A stretch of DNA of 62,934 nt, filler included, from Stramenopiles sp. TOSAG23-3 (lineage: Eukaryota): NCBI GenBank assembly GCA_900128585.1. It is 6 parts of 6 records of this genome, joined end to end, with 100 filler letters (N's around TTAATTAATTAA, not from the genome) between each part and the next. Parts side by side here need not be neighbours in the genome. Positions count along the whole stretch, not along the records: positions 48,977 to 61,098 come from LT642709.1; positions 61,199 to 62,934 come from LT645466.1; 4 more parts are not named here. One strand, written 5' to 3'. Shown here piece after piece: positions 53,883 through 62,934 of the stretch. A program made the translations under genes and the position numbers. The number at the start of each line of letters is the position of its first letter. Positions within the stretch are counted from its first letter, which is position 1. The notes beneath the pieces were generated by a model. That model ran no database searches, was not told where the DNA came from, and worked only from the letters and a program-made list of their open reading frames with translations.

Positions 53883-55564
53883 GATAATTGTTTTATTCTT
53901 TTATATAGAAGATGTATATTTACTTGGTTAAATTCCAGAATATATGTGCCCCTTTATTTCACAATTTCACTTTTCCAGCATAACAAACGCAACGCAAACG
54001 TTTGTACCAATTGGTACGTTCATATTTCTCCGTACGAATAAGAATTTGAGGAGAGATTATAAATAATTTTTTTGTTTTTTTACTTTTTTTTATTTCTTCC
54101 ATGTTGTTGCCTGTTGTTCTCGTTTGGTTTTAATGAAATAAATTGATTCTTTTTTGGTTTGAGAAAGACTTTATTTTATTCCGTCTCTTAGGGTATTAAG
54201 GTAGATATATATTCATTACAAAATATGTATCATTTCATTAACCATAATATATAATATTACAAAGAAAACTTCAATGCAAACAAAACTTTTATTCCATTTA
54301 AGAATAGCTTTCCTTATTTTACTATTTTACTTTTTTTATTGACTGGTGGAACAATGCAAGAAGACGACATAACACAGCATACAAATATTTTTTCTCCTTG
54401 CTATTTCTATATCTTCCTGATAAGTTATATAAACACAGCATTCAAATCGTAAATCTTTTTAATCGACAAAACCAACATTGTAGATACATATAACATAGCT
54501 TTCAATATTCCTTACAACAAATGGATGAATACCAGTCATTTCTTCCATTCTATTTCTATACTATTTCTACAAAATACTTATATTTGTTAATTCTTTGCTG
54601 TATACCTGTTAAATTTAACAAACCTTTCCCAACCAATCAATTCGATGTCGATTCCATTCCAAAAAGCTTCCTAACTTTAAGTATAGCTAATTATGTCAAA
54701 AATAAAAGAATTGTTTTAATTTTAATTATACGTAGTTAGTTGTATATCTATATAAAATATAATTATTATTTTTTAATGAAAATTAGGGTGTTAAAAATTA
54801 TATACTTCCTTAATACACAAAGAGACATTTTATTCTATTTCATTCTTCCTTTTCCAATACTATCTTTATGTTAAATAGAATCCGAACAAGGACGACCAGT
54901 GAACAACACTTCGTTGTTTTACTTAGTAAGGATTAGTTATCTATGTTACATTTCTGCTGTCGCTTTGTACAGTTTTATTTATATATATTTAATATGGTTC
55001 TAAATGTGAGAATAATTTTATTTCATACGTTTATATACCTTAATTCTTATTGTGAGATCCCAAGTATCCATACTTATAATTCGTATTTAAATCAATTTTT
55101 ACCGAACAGAAAATAGAAAGATTGACGCATTGGCTCGTTGATTGGAGATGCTACGTAATGCTATATTATATAACATACGAATAACATATATATAATAACA
55201 TAGAAACAACATAGAATACAATTCATAAAATAACAATTCCGATAGAAAACAATGGACAGCATTAAAGATCAATCGATGAATCAGTGCTATCCACCTATTA
55301 ATACGACAGTGTACTCTCTGCAAAGGAAACAACAACATAATAATACAATCCAAACAACAACAACAAAAATCAATTCTTCCCCTTCCTTTGCTTTCTATTC
55401 TACAGAGAAACGTATGTCGACGATCGAGACGATTGCAACGTGTGATTGGGAAACAAAGTTAAAGTTGCCGAACCCACGATTACAGCCAGAGATACAATCA
55501 ATCAATAGTCAGAATATATTTGTGAATTTTTCTATATCTATATATTTTTTAACAAGTTACAAAC

Positions 55565-56206
55565 ATGGTTAAGCACAATAACGTAATCCCAAATGCCCAC
55601 TTTAACAAGCACTGGCAAGACAGGAAAAACCGTCAAGGTGTCAAGGTGAACTTCAACCAACCATCGCAGAAAAAGCGCCGAAGACTTCTCCGTGCCGCTA
55701 AAGCTGCCGCCATCGCACCGCGCCCATCGGCCGGTCTTTTGCGCCCAGTAGTACGCTGCCCAACCCAGAAGTACAACATGAAACTTCGTGCCGGCCGTGG
55801 ATTTACTTTGGAAGAGTTGAAAGCCGCCGGATTCAACAGAAAGGAAGCCCGTAACATCGGTATCGCAGTTGATGCTCGCCGCAAAAACAAAAGTGTCGAA
55901 TCGTTGCAACAAAATGTCGATCGCTTGAAGGCCTACAAAGCCCGATTAGTTGTATTCGGAAAAGGCGGAACCAAAGGTGCGGACCGTAGCATGGCCCAAC
56001 AACTTACTGGCGAAATTCTTCCAATTTCTAACGCATCCGGAGCAGTTCAATACGAATCTGTCCCAACTGGCAACGTTTACTTACAAGCACGCGCGGCTCG
56101 CTCTGATGCTCGCCAAATAGGTATTCGCGCCCGACGTGCCATCATAAAGGCAGAGGAAGCAGCCATGACCAAGAACAAGAAGAAGAAGAAGAAGGGAAGG
56201 AAGTAA
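55565..56206 (+). CDS. RPL13: 60S ribosomal protein L13 (eL13)
   Basis: [43 protein letters not shown]. Confidence 0.98.
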   Translation: MVKHNNVIPNAHFNKHWQDRKNRQGVKVNFNQPSQKKRRRLLRAAKAAAIAPRPSAGLLRPVVRCPTQKYNMKLRAGRGFTLEELKAAGFNRKEARNIGIAVDARRKNKSVESLQQNVDRLKAYKARLVVFGKGGTKGADRSMAQQLTGEILPISNASGAVQYESVPTGNVYLQARAARSDARQIGIRARRAIIKAEEAAMTKNKKKKKKGRK

Positions 56207-57143
56207 ATTGATATATAAACTAATTAGCAAATAAAAAAACTATAGCCAATTATATACAACTGCATAGTTTAAATTCCATAGTCTTTCAAGTACTGCATCG
56301 GTATAAATGTGTACTACAACTTGGTACATTAAAATCCATACGCAAGACAATGCCTATACAGTAACATTGCAAACAGGAACGAACATTTAATAGAAACGGA
56401 ATACAGTTCTTCCATTACTAATTTATTTACCTATCAAATTGTGTATTTTAAAATACATTTTGTGAAGAACCCCTTCCTTTTCCAGCTGCTGGTTGTGCTG
56501 GGGATACCAAAATTTATAAGAAAAAAATAGCACGACGACGTAGCACGTAGCACATCTCCTATTTATTATTATATATAGAGATAAGAAGAGCATCATAGAA
56601 GAAAATATATAGAGAGCAAATAATGCATCATGCCACGTCAAACTATGAAAAGTTTGACCGCTTACACATATTAGGAACCCACACATCTAATGGAACTGAA
56701 ATCGTAATTGATACTTATTGTTTTTTTTCTAAAAAAAGGAGCACTCTCCTTTGAACAGAGAAATAAACCGGTGTTTCATTAACTGTTACTTTACAGATAC
56801 ATCTAAATACCTCTTTAAAGTAAAATAATGATGATATTGTTTGTTTTGTTGTGTGTTTGAATTTTAAGAAATTACACTGAGTTGTTGTGCACGCACATTT
56901 TGTAACCCACACGCGCTCTTTCGTCCTGGGGTTAGTTTACACATATAAATTCGCCCCTTCAATTTGCACGCTTGGGCATCTTTGTGCCAAAAGACTATGG
57001 TGCCGGCTCAAATGTCGCATAGGCTGTGGTTCTTCGGACGTCTACTAATATATTTTCTATATTTTCCTCTTGCATTGCTTCTATTTTTACTAAAGATCTA
57101 TTCAGAAAGGGTCGGGGGAAAGTTGCGGGACGAACTCGCTCCA

Positions 57144-58187
57144 TTACTCTTCGATTTTTACAATCATTATCGACACATTGTCCCGTGAATTTAACTCATG
57201 AATCGCTTTGTTGCAAAGCATTTCAGCGGTTGCTTCGCACGTTTCTCCAATGGCTAACTTCTGTCCGACCCAATCAACAGCCGACTGGTTGTCCATCACG
57301 TCCCATAACCCATCGCATGCTAAAATGATAAAGTCGTCCTCGGGGGTCAATTCAATTGCCTCCACTTCCGGGTCGGCCAGGACTAAATTCGCGGTGATCC
57401 CAAAATCCTTCAGCCACGAACTGCCCATTTTAAAATCGGCGTCGCCTATTGCCCGGGAAACTGCGAGGACCCCAAATATGCGCCCGTGAAAGACCTTTCC
57501 GCCGGCGTTTACAATGCGTAGTTCTTCCGACTCTTCCCCAGGTTTGTGGTCCCGAGACATTGGGATGGCCTTGCCGTTTCTAGACAACACGGTCCGGGCG
57601 TCCCCAGTGTTCGCTACGTACAAACGGTTGCCAAGGACCAATGCAGAAGTGACCGTGGAGCCTACATTGTCTAACTTTTCATCGACGCACTTTTTTAAGA
57701 AGTCATCGTCAACTTTCAAAAAAGTTTCCAACAGCGTAGACTTTACGTCTGCGTCCAGCACCCGCCCATTTGCAGGGACCGCTAACCTATTCAACCCCAC
57801 TTCTAAGTCTGCCACTATGTGGTCTCTGATATATATACTACACTCCCGGCCACCATGACCGTCGAACACGCCGAAAAACTTGGAAGGTGGGAGGCCAGCG
57901 TGCACGCCCAATGATATTGCGCCGATGTGCTCGTCTTCCATGGTTCTACGGTAGCCCCTTTCACCATGTGCTCCAAAGGAAAAGTTTAAATAGGACGGTT
58001 TGCTGCTTGCAGGGGCGATGTCGGACGAACAATTCTCAGAGGCGTCAGCTGAAGCTGGAACTCCTTCGTCCACATTATCACCAAGCAAAGCTTGGGCAAA
58101 GGGCGTGAGCGACGTGCGGCGCCCTGATTCCGTCGTCGATGCGACGGGAGCGGAACGCTCGAATATGACTTGCGAACGTCTGCGCAT
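57144..58187 (-). CDS. PP2C/PPM family protein phosphatase
   Basis: RRTMEDEH, FDGHGG, ANTGDAR, DHKP, LAVSRAIGD, LACDGLWDV, DNVS; first ATG at 58187. Confidence 0.95.
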   Translation of the reverse strand: MRRRSQVIFERSAPVASTTESGRRTSLTPFAQALLGDNVDEGVPASADASENCSSDIAPASSKPSYLNFSFGAHGERGYRRTMEDEHIGAISLGVHAGLPPSKFFGVFDGHGGRECSIYIRDHIVADLEVGLNRLAVPANGRVLDADVKSTLLETFLKVDDDFLKKCVDEKLDNVGSTVTSALVLGNRLYVANTGDARTVLSRNGKAIPMSRDHKPGEESEELRIVNAGGKVFHGRIFGVLAVSRAIGDADFKMGSSWLKDFGITANLVLADPEVEAIELTPEDDFIILACDGLWDVMDNQSAVDWVGQKLAIGETCEATAEMLCNKAIHELNSRDNVSIMIVKIEE

Positions 58188-59660
58188 AGTGTGTCCAAAA
58201 TATTTTTTTTCTTCGGCACACTGTCTACGAAATAACGTGGTGCGAAGGAACCAGTTTTGTGTGCGGCGGGAAGAGTAAGAAAACGTTTCTCGCGGAAATC
58301 TTTTCACGAACAAATTTTTGAATGTCCTTTTTAAGGCAACTTATATGATGTGCAGGATGTTTTGCAGGTGCTCCGCGTGAAACTCCGTCGCAATTCCTAA
58401 CATCAATTGGATTACATTCTATTCGTCTCTTTGTGTTCATCAAAATAGTTTAATTATTTTACACTATATACTGACTGTGTTTCTTTTTTTTTCTTCTACA
58501 TATAATAATACACGATAGTATAGTAGTAGAAGAAGAGGAGATAATTATGCATGCCACCACCCGCGGCGGCTTCTATTTGCCTTCTTTTTGTTCTTCACCT
58601 GCTCTGTCCTCTTCTGCGCTGTGCTTCTTCTTAAAATTTTGCGTGCTTCGTGTTTTTTTCTTATTTCTGTATAATTAAGGAATATTAATTATTATATTCA
58701 TCCATGTTAATTATATGTTCATACTTTAGTAGTCTATAACTATTGTATAAGAAATTTACAGCATATGAATATGAATATATTGGTACAATAAATCCTTACG
58801 TTATTGCGTATTCGTTGCGAAATTACAATATCAAATGCTATGTAATGTAAACGGGAGAAGAAAATTATCTCCATTCACCTTATTCGGATGGAATAAAAAA
58901 AGAAAACACTTCCCATTTCTTCAAGTTAGTAGGTGAATAGCATCAGAATTGAAGATGGAAATATCCAAAAAAATTAAAACAAAAACCTACGTATTACGAA
59001 GGTCATAAACACTAACTGCCACTATAATAACACTGATTAAACGTAAACACCACTAACTAACTCGTTTTTTGATATCTCCTCCTCGGAATTTGTTTTAATT
59101 TATATTTTGTATACTTTACTACTACGAGGTATAAGATGTTTTTATTATTCTAGACTATTAATAGCGCTAGTATTACGATGATTATAAGAGAAGAATCAAC
59201 AAAAGGAAGCAAGGCACCTGAAGAACTGAAGAATGAGAATGAATGAAGAAGAAAAAGAATTATTTTTAAGAAGAAAAGAAGAAGAAGAAGAAGAATGATG
59301 AAGAAAAAAAAAATAATAATTATATAATAATAATAAAATAGAAGAGACCGACCCCCCCCACAACAACACCACACCACAACAACAGACTCAATAATAATTC
59401 GAATATTACACTGAAAAAAAAATGTTGTTGTCGTCGTCTTTTTTCTACTACTTGGTATAATAAAAATAATGATGATGGGCAAAAAAGTAATAAGAAGTAA
59501 GCATGTCCAGAAATATAGTTATTATTATTGCAGATAGAAAATTAAAGAAACGGAAACAGTAAAATACTTTAACAAGAATCAATTTTGAAAATTTAATATT
59601 GAAACTGATTGTTCAGAAAACGTGAAGAAGACATGCATAATTTTTGGTATACGTTTCACC

Positions 59661-60308
59661 ATGACTGAGGCCGCAAGTCAACGTCGTAAACTCCAAACCT
59701 GGACGAACGCTTTTGAAAAAGGCGTTCGTAACGTTGTCTTATGTACACTATTTATTATCCTGGTGCAGGTTTTTAGGGGCTACCTCGGGGAAATTCGATT
59801 GAGGCGTGTGAAAAACAAGTACATAAAAATCCATGGTGCCGATGCAAAATTTTGTTTGGACTACGACAGCAAGGCGGTAGCTGAGTATAAGAATTTCACG
59901 GAGATTCGAAACTCGAACATCGAGGGCCAAGGCCTCTTTGCTAGAAAAGGCATACCGTGTGGTACCTTAATATCCACAGTGTATCGACGAGAAACGGGGC
60001 TTGGTTTTGGGGTATATATGTGGCAAGTTACCAAATTGAGTGGACAAAAAATTAACCATCACGATATTCCTAACGTACGGACTGTAAAATCGGATCATAA
60101 GTGGGACATATTTGCCTTGCGAGACATAGCAAGCGGAGAGGAAATTGTAGCGGATTACGTGGATCAACCCTATTTTATTTTGCCTCCAATGTTCTTCTGG
60201 GATTTAAGTGACGCCAACGGGCTGGGTTATGAGTGGTACCCCAGAAATATGATTTCACTTGTAGAATTTATTGGCCTGCCGTTGATAATTCTGCTCAATA
60301 CAGCTTAG
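59661..60308 (+). CDS. Small SET-domain protein with flanking hydrophobic segments
   Basis: SNIEGQGLFA...I..G, INHHDIPN, ALRDIASGEEIVADY; TM-like VVLCTLFIILVQVF and FIGLPLIILL. Confidence 0.8.
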   Translation: MTEAASQRRKLQTWTNAFEKGVRNVVLCTLFIILVQVFRGYLGEIRLRRVKNKYIKIHGADAKFCLDYDSKAVAEYKNFTEIRNSNIEGQGLFARKGIPCGTLISTVYRRETGLGFGVYMWQVTKLSGQKINHHDIPNVRTVKSDHKWDIFALRDIASGEEIVADYVDQPYFILPPMFFWDLSDANGLGYEWYPRNMISLVEFIGLPLIILLNTA

Positions 60309-60377
60309 CGCTTTACATTTATGCGGCCTACTTAATAAAAAATAACATACACTCTCTTATATTTTTACATGACCATC

Positions 60378-61098
60378 TTACATCTCAGATACCACCATGT
60401 CATCCTGGGACTCTTCGACATCCTCAACTTCACTTAAATATTCTTTCTCCCCTGAGGCACTATAACGTGTGTTTTTGGGTTTGAAGGAACTCTTTGATTG
60501 CTTGCGCTGCGCAGCAATTTTCTCGCCAAATTTCAACAAGCGCTCGTGCGTATGTATTTCGGATGGCCTTCTGTTCTCTTTATGGTGTTCGCCGCTGCTC
60601 TTTTTTCTTTTGTTCGCAAAAGACTTTTCGGCTTTCGCTAACAAAAATGCTTGCTGCCGCTTGATGACCTCTTGCTTTGCCTCTTTGTTTTTTCTATCCC
60701 GGAGTTCTTCGGCCTTCTTTCTTTCCTTCTTTTCCATGGCCAAACGCTTGGCATCCAAACGGCGCTTTTGAACCATCCATTTGCGCTCTTCCGTGGCTTT
60801 AGCATGCTCCAACTTACGTTCTTTCATTCGATTTTTTTGCTTCGTGACAAACTCTGCGCGCTTCCTCTCTTTCACTCGCGTTGCAACGCGTTCAGTGTAT
60901 TCTTTCAACCGCGCCTCGCGTGCTGCGCTCTGGTCTTGGATTGCTTCCACGCGGCGTACTTTTTCTTTTTCAACACGCCGTCGGTTTTCCTCCACGATTC
61001 GGCGTAGTGCAGTTTTGTCTCGCTTCAGCTGCTTCGCCCTTCGGTTTTGAAATGCTGGCGTTTCCAACACTTGAATGCGACGCAGCTGTTCTCTTCGC
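60378..61098 (-). CDS. Lys/Arg/Glu-rich coiled-coil protein (5'-truncated)
   Basis: Charged helical ORF near the linker with no ATG start in the ORF track frame. Confidence 0.65.
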
Positions 61099-61198
61099 NN
61101 NNNNNNNNNNNNNNNNNNNNNNNNNNNNNNNNNNNNNNNNNNTTAATTAATTAANNNNNNNNNNNNNNNNNNNNNNNNNNNNNNNNNNNNNNNNNNNN
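61099..61198. other. Artificial contig linker
   Basis: N44-TTAATTAATTAA-N44. Confidence 0.98.
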
Positions 61199-61386
61199 CT
61201 GGGCGATGAACCAGGAGTCGATGTAATCGATTATCGGCTGGTCTTGAGCTGGCTCCGGGAGGTCCTGGTATTCGCTGTCCGTTGGGTGCTGCTCTTTGAG
61301 GTACCGTATGGCATCTGAAACTGGTGTGAGCAGTTTTGATGGGCGGATGCCCCTGCAGAAGTGTTTTACTTTGTACTTTAAATATT

Positions 61387-61414
61387 AATTAACAGGCCAA
61401 CTTTTTGTTTTTAT
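61387..61414 (+). repeat. Degenerate copy of the 3'-flank element
   Basis: ATTAACAGGCCAACTTTTTGTTTTTAT. Confidence 0.55.
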
Positions 61415-61439
61415 GTTATATCGCGTGTATGATATTATG

Positions 61440-62933
61440 TTATAAGACACTTATATATTGAATTATATGTAATATTCCGTCACAAAGATAATGATATTCC
61501 CCACAAATGCATAAAATCATGAAGTGAATTAATCTGCTGGGACAACCCGGTTCATTTTTTTTGTGAATTTTATTTTTCTCTTCTGTTAAAAAGCTCCATT
61601 TATTTTTTATATATTGTATCGTTTCGTTCAATCCCACCTTGATGATTTCTATCGGAAGATTGTGTTGCAAATTTAATAAACGTTCCCAGAAATCATTGTT
61701 GATTTCTGGGAACGTGTCCGCCCCCGCCTCTTCTTCTCCATTTTTTTTTCTTTTTCTGCAAATACTGTCTTCGAATATGGCTTTAGAAAATTCACCCATG
61801 ACTTCTTGAGATAATTTAAAATACGTCGCCTTATTCGAGTTTGTTTTGTCGACTGTTATAATTATTGTTTTTGCGCGTGTTATTACTCGATACAGCTTTT
61901 GCTTAATTTTCTCGTTATTTTTACGCAAAACCAAGTTGCTTACAGTTTCGTCAAAACCGACAGCAATAACTTCGTCGTACTCTAACCCATCTTGGTTTGA
62001 TAGTTCATCAAGCACTATGTACTGCACTCCACTAATTTGTGCCTGGAAATTACTAAAATTCGTTTCTGCGTCGGTAAAGACGCAATCTTTTCGCCGTTCT
62101 TCCAACAGTGTCTTGAACTCCTTGAACTTATTATCTTTCTTACCTAATATCTGATCGTTTACCAAGATCGCATATTGGATATTTTTCGAATTTCGCTTTT
62201 TTATTTTCGAATTTCGCTTCTTTAGTGCCTTGATCGTTTCATCGGCGTATTTTTTTTCAATATCAACTTTCGCATCATTTCCTACATCAAATTCCACGCG
62301 TTCCAGTTTCTCGCCGTTCTCTTTCTCAGTTGTCGGCCTCTCCTCTTTCTTGTTCTTGAAAAACATTTCTGCTGCTATTAAGAGTCTTTTGGTTGTTCTG
62401 AATACGACCTTAAGCTTTATGTTAATACAGTATTGTTCCTCTGGACTATATCGTTTCTCTTTCTTGCATTGCGGGATCAAATAATTTTGAAGAGTTAGAT
62501 TTTCGTTTACATAACGGTTAGAAACAACAATTCTCTTTTTTGCTGGAATAAAGTAGATGCGAAGTGTTTGGTTCCACCAACCACATTCAGCTGTAACAAT
62601 TGGATTTGCCTCGTCAACCACAAGTAACTTGTATTCGGCTACTGTTTCCCCTTTTCTCAAACCATCAAAATTTATGTCGTCCTTATCATTTTCTGATTCT
62701 CTTAGCTTCACTTTGCAAGGACGTTCATGCGTCTTTGTACAAAAATGAATACACTTTAGAGAATCTTTTACAACTTTTAGAATTTTAATAGGGTCTGCAA
62801 AATCATCTTCTTGCATTTTTCTTATCATCCGGAAAATTATCCCCCTTGCAATGGACTTTGCAAAGGCGTCTGCTTTGCACACAATTAATACCTGAATCTT
62901 TTGTTTGGCGTCGTAAATCTCGTTACAAACCAA
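61440..62933 (-). CDS. Superfamily 1 (UvrD-like) helicase-domain protein, 5' part outside the window
   Basis: LVVDEA (motif II), NQTLR, VFRTT, DGLEYDEVIAV (motif V), LYRVITRA (motif VI) in the expected order. Confidence 0.65.
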   Translation of the reverse strand: MVCNEIYDAKQKIQVLIVCKADAFAKSIARGIIFRMIRKMQEDDFADPIKILKVVKDSLKCIHFCTKTHERPCKVKLRESENDKDDINFDGLRKGETVAEYKLLVVDEANPIVTAECGWWNQTLRIYFIPAKKRIVVSNRYVNENLTLQNYLIPQCKKEKRYSPEEQYCINIKLKVVFRTTKRLLIAAEMFFKNKKEERPTTEKENGEKLERVEFDVGNDAKVDIEKKYADETIKALKKRNSKIKKRNSKNIQYAILVNDQILGKKDNKFKEFKTLLEERRKDCVFTDAETNFSNFQAQISGVQYIVLDELSNQDGLEYDEVIAVGFDETVSNLVLRKNNEKIKQKLYRVITRAKTIIITVDKTNSNKATYFKLSQEVMGEFSKAIFEDSICRKRKKNGEEEAGADTFPEINNDFWERLLNLQHNLPIEIIKVGLNETIQYIKNKWSFLTEEKNKIHKKNEPGCPSRLIHFMILCICGEYHYLCDGILHIIQYISVL

Positions 62934-62934
62934 A

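Noticed and set aside
56828-56880. Possible box C/D snoRNA (ATGATGA..CTGA)
   Set aside because: Too short, no convincing terminal stem or guide, low complexity
1-62934. tRNA, rRNA, transposase, reverse transcriptase or capsid genes
   Set aside because: None recognised by eye; not excluded without tRNAscan, Infernal or HMM searches

Overview
Eukaryotic (protist) genomic DNA. Six contigs are joined by artificial 100-nt linkers (N44-TTAATTAATTAA-N44). The four complete internal contigs are 12156, 12136, 12124 and 12122 nt, i.e. size-sorted, so adjacency across linkers has no biological meaning. The window is gene-dense with about 30 almost entirely intronless, relatively GC-rich CDSs separated by very AT-rich, microsatellite-rich spacers. 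Recognisable genes: PRMT3, an NDPK-like protein, HUS1, RPS3, VPS51, sulfite oxidase, Mpv17, mitochondrial HslV, PAM16, mL40, a USP36/42-like deubiquitinase, a Tubby protein, RPS16, RPL13 and PP2C. A stramenopile-like protist is my inference, not a demonstrated assignment. Most notable: (1) a conserved ~80-90 bp non-coding element family sitting almost only in 3' flanks on five of the six contigs, in tandem, inverted and half-copies; (2) a secreted CIA30-MsrB-like-CIA30 fusion; (3) a GSTCD-type methyltransferase fused to a TrmA with an altered F-x-Q motif; (4) a membrane-anchored minimal SET protein; (5) an Ank-TPR-RGS-IQ-WW scaffold; (6) a single MORN gene with four short introns; (7) an AT-rich SF1 helicase-like ORF. 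All family calls come from motif recognition by eye; no searches were run.
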